Source: Bacillota bacterium
GTDB taxonomy: Bacteria > Bacillota > Clostridia > Christensenellales > Aristaeellaceae
Length of the DNA stretch: 64,000 nucleotides
Direction of reading: 5' to 3'
Assembly: GCA_023395615.1 (NCBI GenBank)
Contig: JAEWYP010000067.1
Coordinates: 8,743-72,742 of the forward strand
Shown here: positions 36,575 to 46,421 of the stretch, piece after piece
Numbering within the stretch: position 1 is the stretch's first letter
Layout of the letters: every line of letters begins with the position of its first letter
The notes under the pieces: generated by a model
What the model saw: only the letters and a program-made list of their open reading frames with translations
What the model was told of the DNA's origin: nothing
Database searches by the model: none
Translations under genes and position numbers: made by a program

Positions 36575-38677
36575 ATGAAACGAAAACTGCTCCTGGCCGC
36601 GCTGGTGATGCTTGCCGCGCTGCTGTTGCTGGGCGGGGTTGCGATGGCGCAGACCACCGATCCCATCGTATGTAAAATGGAAGTATCGCCCAGCTCGCTC
36701 AGCGCGCCTGGCGAAGTTTCGGTTACTATTACCGTATCCAATTCCGGCGATACGGATATGAAGGATCCCCTGACCCTGTACAGCCCCACCAGCGAAGTGG
36801 TAACAGATTTTGGGGATAAAGGTTCCGTCGTTCTGAAAGCCGGCGAGGTAAAAACCTGGACCGGTAAATGGGACGTGAACCAACGTACGCTGGATAACGG
36901 GCAGATTGTATTTTTTGTAAAATATACGCTGTATGGCGATAACGGCGAAAAGAACGTGAAGAGCCAGCCTATTCGGGGAAAGCTGGAGACCGCCGAAGCA
37001 AAAACCGATATCGAAGTGAAACGTACCATAACCCCGGGTACCGCGCGCGAAGGGCAGAAGGTAACGGTTCAGTACGACATCGTGAATACCGGAACGGTGT
37101 CGCTTAAAAATATCACCCTTCAGGAGAATAAATCTATCAGTTCCAAGACCGTTACAGTCGCAAAAGAACTGAAAGCCGGGGAAACCGCGCAGGTGAAATT
37201 CCCCGTCACCATGGGGAAAAAGAACCTCACCAGCAGCGCGACCATCACGTATACCTCCGGAGATTCCACCGAAAAGAAAACGCAGCAGGTGGACGAACAG
37301 GCCATTCTGTATGGCGAAGCGGCTATGACCGCCAAGCTTACGTCCAGCGCCAAGGGCGTAACCACAAACGGAACCGTTAAGCTGACCCTGGAGCTGAAAA
37401 ACAGCGGAACGGTTAATTACACCGACGTTCGTGTGAATGACAAAACGCTGGGCGATGTATTTACCAACCAGCAAATCGCCGCGGGGGCGACACTGAAACT
37501 GGAAAAAGAGATCACCCTGACGAAAACGACGGAGTATCAATTTACCATTACGGCGATTGATAACACGGGTACGACCGTCAGCCTGAATACAGACCCCCTG
37601 ACTGTTACCGCAGTAGACCCCAATAAGATTGTGCACCTCACGCTGGTGGCGGCAGCGGATCGTACGGAGGTCTATTCGCAACCGGGCATCGTTCGTTTCA
37701 CATTAACGGTACAGAACGACAGTGAAGTGGATGCGACCGATGTTGCGATCTACGAAGCTAAAACAAAAATCCATACCTTTGATTCGATTCCGGCGGGACA
37801 AACCCGTTCTATGACCCGTGATGCGGCGCTGAGTATGGCGGGGAAATACCAGTTCTCCGCCGTTACGGTGGATGCGCTGAATACGACCAGCACTTTCCTG
37901 AGCAATGAAATTCAGATTGCGTTCTCCATCCCGACGCCGACACCCGTGGTGACGGCAGCCGCCGAACCGACGCCTGAACCGACATACGCGAAACTGACTT
38001 ATCCCCCGATCAGTAACCCTGGTGTCGGGAGTACGCCCAAACTGATCCGCGCGTTTTTCTACCCCCTGTTATGGGCGAGCGCCATCCTGCTGATTGGTGC
38101 GATCATCGTGCTGTTGATCGCTACGCGTAAACGCATGATGGAAAAGAAAGCGTCCGAAGCGGCACTGGATCATCTGGAACGTGTGAAGCGCAGGGATTAC
38201 GTCGCGCCTGTGGAGGAGCCGCAGGAAGCACCGACGTTGGAAATGGAGAAACCTGAAGAACAAACGTCTCCGGAAGGGACGGAAAACACGGAACCGGAAA
38301 GTATCAGCGAGCAGGAATTGCCACACATGAAATATGTGCGCAACGCTTATCAGCACGCAGTAGAAGAAACGACGGAAGCGGACACGAAACCCAAGGCGGA
38401 TTCACTCGCTGACACCGAAGACAGCCCCTATCGCAAGCCGAAAACGGAAGCAGATACGAATCAGCCTGACGGGAACGAAGAAGCCCCCGCACTTGAGGAT
38501 GAGCAGGAAGCCTATCGGGAAGAAGAAGGCTACATGGATGAACCCACCGATTCCCTGATGGCCTTTGAAGAACCTGAGGAACCCGCCGAGAAACCTGTGG
38601 CGGTAAGCCCGGCGAAACCAAAACAGACCGAGAAACGTCGCCATCGTCGTGCGGACAGCGATTCCACAGACGAGTAA
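36575..38677 (+). CDS. Type I membrane protein: signal peptide, four CARDB/DUF11-like beta-sandwich repeats, one TM segment, and an acidic disordered cytoplasmic tail
   Basis: The signal peptide is MKRKLLLAALVMLAALLLLGGVAMA. Repeats of about 105 aa carry the pattern G..V.v...v.N(S/T)G(d/t)(v)...(v)... (VSNSGDTDM, VNTGTVSLKNITL, KNSGTVNYTDVRV, QNDSEVDATDVAI). The TM segment is LLWASAILLIGAIIVLLIA, followed by RKR. The tail is rich in E/D/P/T. Confidence 0.8.
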   Translation: MKRKLLLAALVMLAALLLLGGVAMAQTTDPIVCKMEVSPSSLSAPGEVSVTITVSNSGDTDMKDPLTLYSPTSEVVTDFGDKGSVVLKAGEVKTWTGKWDVNQRTLDNGQIVFFVKYTLYGDNGEKNVKSQPIRGKLETAEAKTDIEVKRTITPGTAREGQKVTVQYDIVNTGTVSLKNITLQENKSISSKTVTVAKELKAGETAQVKFPVTMGKKNLTSSATITYTSGDSTEKKTQQVDEQAILYGEAAMTAKLTSSAKGVTTNGTVKLTLELKNSGTVNYTDVRVNDKTLGDVFTNQQIAAGATLKLEKEITLTKTTEYQFTITAIDNTGTTVSLNTDPLTVTAVDPNKIVHLTLVAAADRTEVYSQPGIVRFTLTVQNDSEVDATDVAIYEAKTKIHTFDSIPAGQTRSMTRDAALSMAGKYQFSAVTVDALNTTSTFLSNEIQIAFSIPTPTPVVTAAAEPTPEPTYAKLTYPPISNPGVGSTPKLIRAFFYPLLWASAILLIGAIIVLLIATRKRMMEKKASEAALDHLERVKRRDYVAPVEEPQEAPTLEMEKPEEQTSPEGTENTEPESISEQELPHMKYVRNAYQHAVEETTEADTKPKADSLADTEDSPYRKPKTEADTNQPDGNEEAPALEDEQEAYREEEGYMDEPTDSLMAFEEPEEPAEKPVAVSPAKPKQTEKRRHRRADSDSTDE

Positions 38678-38687
38678 ATGGTATTTT

Positions 38688-38727
38688 GATCACCCGTACG
38701 GTTGGCGCCGACGGGTGATTTTTTTGT
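38688..38727 (+). terminator. Rho-independent terminator
   Basis: GATCACCCGT ... ACGGGTGATC-type stem followed by TTTTTTT. Confidence 0.75.
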
Positions 38728-38818
38728 ACGAAAGCAGCAGATTCCTCGTGAGACGCAGGCTTGTTTTCGGGGTAAAACCCTTGTATAATAAGGATATGGG
38801 ATAAAGGAGGACAGACGG

Positions 38819-39514
38819 ATGTTTACAGGATTTCCTGAAGAAACGATCCGCTTTTTTTTGGAACTGCGTTTCCATAATGAAGCCACTTTTTTCAACGCTC
38901 ACAGGGACGAGTATGAACGAAGCGTGCGTGAACCGTTTTATGGTTTTATTCAGGCAATGGCGCCCGCAGTGAAGCAGGTTGCGGACGATATGGAACTGCG
39001 GCCGGATAAATGCCTGGCACGAATCCGCCGGGATACTCGCTTTTCGAAAGATAAAACGCCATATCGCGATCATCTGTGGCTTTTGTTCCGTCGCGGCGGC
39101 GAAATCCGGGATACATCCGTAATGTACTGGTTTGAACTGGCGCCGGAGCATGTGGAATGGGGGCTCGGCTTTTGGGGGTATAACCGCCCCGCGATGGACG
39201 CGCTTCGGAAAGCAATCCGGGAAAAGCCTGACGCGGTATTGCGCGCTTTTCGGGAGGCTCGGATTCCGGAACAAGATCTGGAAATATACGGCGATCGGTA
39301 TCAGCGGATGGCTGTTCCGGATGGATTGCCCCAACTGCTTCAGGAAATTTACCCCCTGAAAGAGCTTTACATCAAGCGGACCGGCATACCGCTGCAAATG
39401 GCTTATTCCGAAGCGCTTGTTGAGCGCTGTTCGCAGGATATTCTCCGCCTGAAGCCACTGTATTTATTATTGCGCAGGATGGCGGACGAGGGCATGGCGG
39501 CGCTGGAAGGGTAA
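38819..39514 (+). CDS. DUF2461 (TIGR02453-like) family protein
   Basis: FTGFPEETIRFFLELRFHNEATFFNAHRDEYERSVREPF and RIRRDTRFSKDKTPYRDHLW are characteristic of this family. Confidence 0.75.
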   Translation: MFTGFPEETIRFFLELRFHNEATFFNAHRDEYERSVREPFYGFIQAMAPAVKQVADDMELRPDKCLARIRRDTRFSKDKTPYRDHLWLLFRRGGEIRDTSVMYWFELAPEHVEWGLGFWGYNRPAMDALRKAIREKPDAVLRAFREARIPEQDLEIYGDRYQRMAVPDGLPQLLQEIYPLKELYIKRTGIPLQMAYSEALVERCSQDILRLKPLYLLLRRMADEGMAALEG

Positions 39515-39555
39515 ACAGCAGAACGGCAAAGGTTGAATGACCGAAAGGAGTAATT

Positions 39556-41085
39556 ATGGATTTTCGAACACTGAAGAGCGGATCAGATGTGCGTGGAATT
39601 GCTGTCGGTGAGGAAGCTGTATTAACGCAAGAGGTGGCCCGAACGCTGGGAAGAGCGTTTGTGCGCTTCTTAGCACAACGCATCGGAAAACCGGCAGATC
39701 AGATGACGGTTGCATTGGGGCGGGACAGCCGGGTTTCCGGTCCGTCACTGCTGATGGCTGCGGCGGAGGGTATTGCGGCTGAAGGCGCAACCGCGAATGA
39801 TTATGGCATGTGCACAACGCCGTCTATGTATATGGCCATCTTAACGGATGGATTTCGCCCCAATGGTTCGATCATGATTACGGCCAGCCATCATCCCTGG
39901 AAGTTGAACGGCCTTAAATTTTTCACCGAGGCGGGCGGGCTGGGCTTTCACGAACTGGACGAACTGTTGCAGTTGGCGCAGACACTGCCTGAAACAGGCA
40001 ATATCACACGCGGTCAGGTTTCAGCTGTTCCGTTCTTGCCCCGGTATGTGGATCATCTCCGGCAACTGATTATCAACGGCGTCAACCCCGAAGTAACTCA
40101 GCCGCTGCTGGGGCTGCACGTGGTGGTAGATGCGGGCAACGGCGCGGGTGGTTTCTATGCCGATATGCTGCAAGGCTTGGGCGCGTGGATCGAGGGAAGC
40201 CAGTTTCTGGAGCCGGACGGCCACTTCCCCAACCATATCCCGAACCCCGAAAACCCGGAAGCAATGGACTCGCTGGCGGGGGCGGTGCTGCGCGTTGGCG
40301 CAGACATCGGTGTGATTTTTGACGCGGACTGCGATCGTGCCGCGATTGTGGATCATACCGGCAAAGAAATTAACCGTAACCGCCTGATTGCCATGATCAG
40401 CGCAATCTTGTTAGAAAACGATCCGGGCGCGACCATCGTAACCGACTCTGTTACCTCGTCCGGGCTGGCGGAGTTTATCCAGGAGTGGGGCGGCGTTCAT
40501 TATCGGTACAAGCGCGGATACCGCAACGTGATCGATGAGGCGATCCGCCTGAATGCGGCGGGGATCGACTGCCCGCTGGCGATTGAAACCAGCGGCCATG
40601 CCGCCTTGCGTGACAACCATTTTCTGGATGATGGGATGTACCTGGTTACCCTTCTGCTGATTAAGGCTATGCAGTTGAAACAGCAGGGGCGGGAGTTGGG
40701 TACTCTGCTGGACGGTCTGAAAGAGCCGGTGGAGAGCACGGAAATCCGGCTGCCAATCACAAGCGCGGACTTTGCGCAGGCGGGAAGGCAGATTATCGAG
40801 CAGATGATGGATTACGCCACCTGGCAGACAGGATGGCATATCGCGCCGGATAACCGCGAGGGAATCCGTATCAGCTTTGATCTGGACGGCGGGCTGAACA
40901 ACGGCTGGTTCCTTTTGCGGCTGTCCGTGCACGACCCCGTAATGCCGCTGAATGTGGAAAGCGACGTGGCTGGCGGTGTGCAGCAGATTCTGCACGAACT
41001 GATAAAAGCCCTTGAAGAGGCGGAGGGTGTGGATTTGCAGCCGTTACGCGACGCGCTGGCATCCCCGGAGAATCAACAGGCATAA
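39556..41085 (+). CDS. Alpha-D-phosphohexomutase (phosphomannomutase/phosphoglucomutase family)
   Basis: It has the catalytic Ser loop ITASHHPWKLNGLKF and the metal loop GVIFDADCDRAAIVD. Confidence 0.9.
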   Translation: MDFRTLKSGSDVRGIAVGEEAVLTQEVARTLGRAFVRFLAQRIGKPADQMTVALGRDSRVSGPSLLMAAAEGIAAEGATANDYGMCTTPSMYMAILTDGFRPNGSIMITASHHPWKLNGLKFFTEAGGLGFHELDELLQLAQTLPETGNITRGQVSAVPFLPRYVDHLRQLIINGVNPEVTQPLLGLHVVVDAGNGAGGFYADMLQGLGAWIEGSQFLEPDGHFPNHIPNPENPEAMDSLAGAVLRVGADIGVIFDADCDRAAIVDHTGKEINRNRLIAMISAILLENDPGATIVTDSVTSSGLAEFIQEWGGVHYRYKRGYRNVIDEAIRLNAAGIDCPLAIETSGHAALRDNHFLDDGMYLVTLLLIKAMQLKQQGRELGTLLDGLKEPVESTEIRLPITSADFAQAGRQIIEQMMDYATWQTGWHIAPDNREGIRISFDLDGGLNNGWFLLRLSVHDPVMPLNVESDVAGGVQQILHELIKALEEAEGVDLQPLRDALASPENQQA

Positions 41086-41094
41086 GGAGACGGC

Positions 41095-41571
41095 ATGGGG
41101 GAATATATACGGGAGATTCGCCGTTGGGTTGGCCATCGGCCGGTGATGCAATGCGGCGCGTCGGTTATTGTGGAAAACGAACGCGGCGAGGTACTGCTGG
41201 AACAGCGCGCTGATACGGGTGACTGGGCCTATATCGGCGGGGCGGTTGAACTGTACGAGCGCACCGAGGACGCCGCAGCGCGGGAACTGGCCGAAGAGAC
41301 GGGGCTGATTGCGGAGGAGCTGTCTTTATTGGGGGTGTATTCCGGCGAGAAAATGCGGTTTGAATACCCCAATGGAGATCAGGTGAGCAATATCGATGTC
41401 GTGTATGTTTGCCGTAGCTATCGCGGCACGTTGCAACCGCAGGAAACGGAAGTCACCTGCCTGCGCTTTTTCGCACCGGAGGCTCTGCCGTCGCCGTTTT
41501 TTCCGCCCAATCAACCGGCTATGAAAGCCTATCTTCAAGCCCGAAATATCAGCGACCCGCGCTTCCTGTAA
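41095..41571 (+). CDS. NUDIX hydrolase
   Basis: The Nudix box is GGAVELYERTEDAAARELAEETGL. Confidence 0.85.
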   Translation: MGEYIREIRRWVGHRPVMQCGASVIVENERGEVLLEQRADTGDWAYIGGAVELYERTEDAAARELAEETGLIAEELSLLGVYSGEKMRFEYPNGDQVSNIDVVYVCRSYRGTLQPQETEVTCLRFFAPEALPSPFFPPNQPAMKAYLQARNISDPRFL

Positions 41572-41867
41572 AGGAAACGCGGGTCCAACTTTTATAGGCC
41601 CGTTTGTGTTATCACTGTTGGATACGAAGGGGATCACATAAGTAGGGTAAGCTTAACCGGCCACTCTTGCTTCCCGGCATCCGAAACTTTAGGCAAACTG
41701 CTCTGTATACCAGGTATTCGTTAGTCGACGATCCGGGTTATATGGATTCGCATAGAGTACTGCTTAACGAAACGGGTGCGGGGAAAAGAACAAGATAATG
41801 ATGGTCGGTTGTGCCTGTTTACGGTAGTTGCAGCCCGTTTTTCCCGATGAATTGGGCGTTCGGTGTG

Positions 41868-44342
41868 TCAGGCCTGTTTTTTCTCTGCGCTGGGGCGGAA
41901 ACGCTTCAGGCGCAGAGCGTTGGTAACGACTGAAACAGAGCTTAAGCTCATAGCAGCAGCGGCCAGCATGGGATTGAGCAGCGGTCCCCCAAACAAATGA
42001 AGCAGGCCCGCAGCAATCGGGATGCCTATGGTGTTATAACCGAAAGCCCAGAAAAGGTTTTGCTTGATGTTGCGAATGGTGCGGCGGCTCAGTTCCACGG
42101 CGGTGGGCACATCCATGGGGTCGGAACGCATCAGCACGACATCTGCGCTGTCCATCGCTACGTCTGTGCCGGAGCCGATGGCGATGCCGACGTTTGCCTG
42201 CGCCAGTGCGGGCGCATCGTTAATTCCGTCGCCCACCATGGCAACACGGCGGCCTTCCGCCTGCAGCTTTTTCACTTCGCCCGCCTTATCCTGCGGGAGT
42301 ACTTCGGACAAAATCCGCTCAATGCCAACCTGTCTGGCAATTGCCGATGCGGTGAGGCGGTTGTCGCCGGTCATCATCACCACGTCGATGCCCATTTTAC
42401 GCAGGCTTTCCACAGCGGCGCGGCTACCGGGTTTTACCACATCCGCCACTGCGATCAGCCCGGCCAGCTGGCCGTCCACCGCAACGTACATGGGGGTTTT
42501 GCCTTCCTGCGCCAGCCGTTCTGCATGGGGTTGAAACGCCTCCAGAGAAACGCCTGTTTCTTCCATCAACTTCCGGTTGCCGGAGGTGACGCGGCGGCCA
42601 TCCACGATGGCTTCAATGCCGCGCCCCATTTTCGCCTGGAAGCTGTTTGCCTGCAAAAACGGCAGGTTCTTACGCGCGGCAAAGGCGATGATCGCCTGCC
42701 CGAGGGAGTGCTCGGACGGCTTTTCTGCGGACGCGGCAATCTGTAACAGTTGATCCGTGGTAAATCCCGCGGCGGGCAGCACGTCGGTTACGCTCGGTTT
42801 ACCTTCCGTCAGGGTGCCGGTTTTATCAAAAATGATAGTTTGCAGGGTGTGGGCGGTTTCCAGCGCTTCGCCGCTTTTAAAAAGAATACCGTATTCCGCA
42901 CCCTTGCCGGTCGCTACCATAATTGCGGTCGGCGTTGCCAGCCCCAATGCGCAGGGACAGGCAATAACCAGTATGGATACGAAGATTGTTAATGCGAACT
43001 TAAGATCACCGCCGGTTCCGATATACCACGCGATCCCTGCGATCAGCGCAATTGCCATCACAACCGGTACGAAATATCCGCTGACGATATCGGCCAGTTT
43101 GGCGATCGGCGCTTTCGCGCCCTGCGCGTCTTCCACCAGTCGGATGATCTGCGCCAGCGCTGTGTCGTCGCCTACCTTTTCCGCACGGAAACGGATGGCG
43201 CCGGTGGTATTAATGGTAGCGGCGTAAACTGTATCGCCTGCTTTCTTCTCGGCGGGCAGGCTTTCGCCGGTCAGCATGGATTCATCAATCGCCGTATGGC
43301 CTTCGGTAACGGTTCCGTCAACCGGGATACGCGCACCAGGCCGGACGATGATTACATCGCCGATCTCCACTTCCTCGATAGGAATTTCCTTCTCCATGCC
43401 CTGATGCAGTACCAGCGCGGTTTTGGGAGCAAGGTTCATCAGTTTTTGCACCGCATCGCCGGTACGACCCTTGGAGATGGTTTCCAGCGTTTTACCCAGC
43501 AGGATCAGGGTGATGATCACAGCGGCGGATTCAAAATAAAGCGAGTGAACGGCCATTGTGTTGCCCGTCGCAATCTGAAAAATGTTATATACACTGTAGC
43601 CAACCGAGGCCGCCGTGCCGACGGCGATCAGCGAATCCATGTTGGGGCTTCGCTGCCAAAGCGAGCGGAAGCCCATCGTATAAAAACGGTACCCAACGGC
43701 GATCACTGGCACCGTCAGCAGGAGTTCTGTCAGCGCATACCGCAGGGGATGTTCCATTGGTGAAAGCGCTATCGGAATCGGAAGGCCTACCATGGGCGCC
43801 ATCGCGACATAGAGCAGGGGCAGGGTAAACAGGGCGGATAGGAAGAGCCGGGTTTTCATGGCGTTGATTTCGCGACGCTTCCGGTCACGGTTTTCCTCGG
43901 CTGCGTTTTTCGTATGCGGTGTCAGCGCCTGATACCCCGCTTTTTCGATGCTTGCGCGGATATCCGAAAGGCGTGTTTCCTGAGGGTTATAAGCGACGGT
44001 GGCTTTTTCGGTAGCCAGATTGACGGAGGCGCTTTCCACACCGGGCAACCGGCCGATTGCCTTTTGCACACGAGTGGCGCAGGCGGCGCAGGTCATGCCC
44101 CCGATCGGAATCGTCACATTCTGCACGCCTGTTTTTTCTTCGGCCGCATAGCCCAGTTCCCGTACTTTCGCGTCAATATCGGCAGAGTCGGTTTGGGCGG
44201 GATCATGTTCCACGTACAGGGTTTCGGTGGCGAAATTCAGGCTGGCATGGGTTACGCCCGGCATCTGAGAAACGTTTTTCTCGATGGTCTGGGCGCAGAC
44301 CGCACAGGACATGCCGCTGATATGAAATGCTGTTTTTTTCAA
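41868..44342 (-). CDS. copA: Copper-translocating P1B-type ATPase CopA
   Basis: It has two HMA domains ([18 protein letters not shown]) plus the CPC, DKTGTLT and [10 protein letters not shown] motifs. The TTG start at 44342 lies 9 nt after an AAAGGAG RBS. The ORF runs open upstream to 44687 but has no RBS there. Confidence 0.9.
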   Translation of the reverse strand: MKKTAFHISGMSCAVCAQTIEKNVSQMPGVTHASLNFATETLYVEHDPAQTDSADIDAKVRELGYAAEEKTGVQNVTIPIGGMTCAACATRVQKAIGRLPGVESASVNLATEKATVAYNPQETRLSDIRASIEKAGYQALTPHTKNAAEENRDRKRREINAMKTRLFLSALFTLPLLYVAMAPMVGLPIPIALSPMEHPLRYALTELLLTVPVIAVGYRFYTMGFRSLWQRSPNMDSLIAVGTAASVGYSVYNIFQIATGNTMAVHSLYFESAAVIITLILLGKTLETISKGRTGDAVQKLMNLAPKTALVLHQGMEKEIPIEEVEIGDVIIVRPGARIPVDGTVTEGHTAIDESMLTGESLPAEKKAGDTVYAATINTTGAIRFRAEKVGDDTALAQIIRLVEDAQGAKAPIAKLADIVSGYFVPVVMAIALIAGIAWYIGTGGDLKFALTIFVSILVIACPCALGLATPTAIMVATGKGAEYGILFKSGEALETAHTLQTIIFDKTGTLTEGKPSVTDVLPAAGFTTDQLLQIAASAEKPSEHSLGQAIIAFAARKNLPFLQANSFQAKMGRGIEAIVDGRRVTSGNRKLMEETGVSLEAFQPHAERLAQEGKTPMYVAVDGQLAGLIAVADVVKPGSRAAVESLRKMGIDVVMMTGDNRLTASAIARQVGIERILSEVLPQDKAGEVKKLQAEGRRVAMVGDGINDAPALAQANVGIAIGSGTDVAMDSADVVLMRSDPMDVPTAVELSRRTIRNIKQNLFWAFGYNTIGIPIAAGLLHLFGGPLLNPMLAAAAMSLSSVSVVTNALRLKRFRPSAEKKQA

Positions 44343-44396
44343 AGCAGTCAGTCTCCTTTCGGGTCTGGAAGGTGAATAAATGCACTTTCCGTACAT

Positions 44397-44424
44397 ATTG
44401 TAACGCATGAGGGTAATAAAGCAA
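44397..44424 (-). promoter_or_regulatory. Putative copA promoter (minus strand TTGCTT-N16-TACAAT)
   Basis: Read on the reverse complement. The -10 lies inside TACAATATGTA, and the -35 is abutted by the AAGTACGTACTT palindrome. Confidence 0.4.
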
Positions 44425-44561
44425 GTACGTACTTTCTGGTGAGCTGGTACACTTTTGGGTAGCGTGCCTATAGGTTGCGTTATCGCACCTGACACTGTAT
44501 GATGGGTGGGTAAGACACAGGGGATAGATCCCTTATGATCCTGCCATGGGAGGCGGTTGCG

Positions 44562-44924
44562 ATGGAGTGCCATTGCCCGGGCGTGAATTGCCCAGTGGAG
44601 GAAACCCTGCGAATGATCGGCGGCAAGTATAAGGCACTGATCCTGTGGCACCTGCTTGCGCATACGCTGCGTTTCAGTGAGCTGCACCGGCTGATTCCGC
44701 AGGCAACCCCTAAAATGCTGACACAGCAGCTGCGAGAGTTGGAAGCGGACGGTCTGCTGACCCGTGCCGTGTTTGCCGAGGTTCCTCCACGGGTAGAGTA
44801 TACCCTTACGGAGAAGGGGCGAAGCATCCGTTCAGTTTTATACGATATGTTTGATTGGGGCGCGGAAGCGCTTCGTAACAGTGGAAAAAACATAAACTGT
44901 TCCATGGTGAGAAACCGCAGCTGA
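44562..44924 (+). CDS. HxlR family (MarR-like wHTH) transcriptional regulator with a Cys/His-rich N-terminus
   Basis: [23 protein letters not shown]...[50 protein letters not shown] is the HxlR signature. The start at 44562 has a GGGAGG RBS, and an alternative ATG lies at 44535. Confidence 0.8.
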   Translation: MECHCPGVNCPVEETLRMIGGKYKALILWHLLAHTLRFSELHRLIPQATPKMLTQQLRELEADGLLTRAVFAEVPPRVEYTLTEKGRSIRSVLYDMFDWGAEALRNSGKNINCSMVRNRS

Positions 44925-44960
44925 ATTTGCCTCGGAACAAGCATACTTTTTACAAGCAAG

Positions 44961-44985
44961 CCGCCGCCTGAAAAACAGGCGGCGG
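44961..44985. terminator. Hairpin between the convergent hxlR-like and degT-like genes
   Basis: CCGCCGCCTG-aaaaa-CAGGCGGCGG is a perfect 10-bp stem. Confidence 0.55.
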
Positions 44986-45041
44986 TGGTAAGACAGGAAA
45001 CGTTTGTGATGGAACTGGATTCTCCCGAAGAACCATACCCG

Positions 45042-46244
45042 CTACGCCATTCCGTAATGGGTGCGGATCGTGTGGATGATATAATCGGCTTCCTCCTGCG
45101 CAAGCTCGGGGAAAATGGGCAGGCAGATGGACTCCTTACAGGCACGTTCCGCGTTGGGAAGACTGCCAGGCTGATAACTGAGGGAGCGGAACGCTTTTTG
45201 TAGGTGCAGGGGCACGGGGTAAAACTCGCCGATCCCGATGCCTGCTTCGGCAAGCCGGGCATGCAACGCCGGTTTGTCCGCCGCCATCGTGGCATACTGG
45301 TGCCAGCAGGGGGTCAGGTTTGCCGGTTTATGCTGCGGAAGCCGAAGGGGAGTATCCTTTAATCCTTCCCAGTAACGGAGCGCGTTTTGCGTGCGCATCC
45401 GGTTAAACTCGTCCAGATGGTTCAGTTTTACCAGCAACAGCGCCGCCTGTAACGTATCCAGGCGGGAGTTATCGCCAATCAGATAATTATAATATTTATA
45501 GGGATCGTACAGGCTGTCTCCCTGCGGCTGACCGTTCAGATCCAGTTCTTCCTCCGCATTACCCAGCAGTTGGGCAGCTTTCTGGCCGTTTTTACCACTG
45601 CCGTGGGTTTTATACGCGCGGGCTAAGACTGCGATTTCATCATTATCGGTTACGATCATGCCGCCGTCGCCACAACCACCCAAATTCTTCGTCGGATAAA
45701 AAGAGAAACACCCTGCATCCCCCAGTGTGCCCGCCTTGCGTGTTTTATATTCCGCGCCGATGGCTTGGGCGGCATCCTCCACAACGGTCAGGTGATGCCG
45801 CTTCGCGATATCGTTGATCGCGTCCATATCAGCGGGCAACCCAAAAATATCCACCGGCAGAATAGCGCGCGTACGCGGCGTAACGGCAGCCTCCACCAGT
45901 GACGGATCGATATTCAGGGTTACGGGATCAATGTCGGTAAACACCGGGATAGCGCCGACGGAGGCAATGGCTTCCGCCGTAGCGAAAAACGTGAACGGCG
46001 TCGTGATCACCTCGTCGCCGGGTTGAACGCGGCATGCACGAAGGGCTAAACGAAGCGCATCGGTGCCGTTGCCGCAGGCGATCGCGTGTTTTACGTGCAG
46101 GTACTCCGCCAGCGCCGTTTCCAGCTGCTTTACGGCGAGGCCGTCGATGTAGGAGCAACCGCCGAGGCAGGCGCAGGCCTGTTTTTCCATTTCCGGACGA
46201 AGCAACTGGTATTGGCGATCCAGGGCAAAGAAAGGAACTTTCAT
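45042..46244 (-). CDS. DegT/DnrJ/EryC1/StrS family PLP-dependent sugar aminotransferase
   Basis: Contains FALDRQYQ..., HAIACGNGTDALRLAL and the PLP-lysine context FSFYPTKNLGG. I chose the start at MKVPFF (46244). The ORF maximum start is 46346. Confidence 0.85.
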   Translation of the reverse strand: MKVPFFALDRQYQLLRPEMEKQACACLGGCSYIDGLAVKQLETALAEYLHVKHAIACGNGTDALRLALRACRVQPGDEVITTPFTFFATAEAIASVGAIPVFTDIDPVTLNIDPSLVEAAVTPRTRAILPVDIFGLPADMDAINDIAKRHHLTVVEDAAQAIGAEYKTRKAGTLGDAGCFSFYPTKNLGGCGDGGMIVTDNDEIAVLARAYKTHGSGKNGQKAAQLLGNAEEELDLNGQPQGDSLYDPYKYYNYLIGDNSRLDTLQAALLLVKLNHLDEFNRMRTQNALRYWEGLKDTPLRLPQHKPANLTPCWHQYATMAADKPALHARLAEAGIGIGEFYPVPLHLQKAFRSLSYQPGSLPNAERACKESICLPIFPELAQEEADYIIHTIRTHYGMA

Positions 46245-46421
46245 CCAACAACCTTCTTTGTATAAACTCCCGATGATGATAGCATAGGCGGCGTACACTG
46301 TCAAACCTCGAAGCGGAAGGAACGGCAAACGATATGGCGAATACAACCAGTAGGCGGCCCGGCTGAGAACATGGGGGGACCTGCCGGATTAACCTGCTTG
46401 CGGAAAGGGGAGAAGCAAATA

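Noticed and set aside
36365-37681. 438-aa ORF antisense to the repeat-module surface protein gene
   Set aside because: It is a shadow frame of a gene that has a clear signal peptide and repeat architecture. The composition is implausible (Gly/Arg/Phe/His-rich), and it would run through the promoter and leader of the real gene.
44392-44402. CopY-type cop box at the copA promoter
   Set aside because: The sequence is TACA-N3-TGTA (TACATATTGTA), whereas the cop box consensus is TACA-N2-TGTA. No CopY/BlaI-family gene is present. I mention it only as a palindromic element.
44343-44687. 115-codon N-terminal extension of the copA ORF (ORF track start at 44687)
   Set aside because: The extension has no RBS and no HMA-like sequence, and it would run through the divergent hxlR-like gene start. 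A TTG at 44342, preceded by AAAGGAG, gives the canonical MxCxxC-proximal N-terminus.
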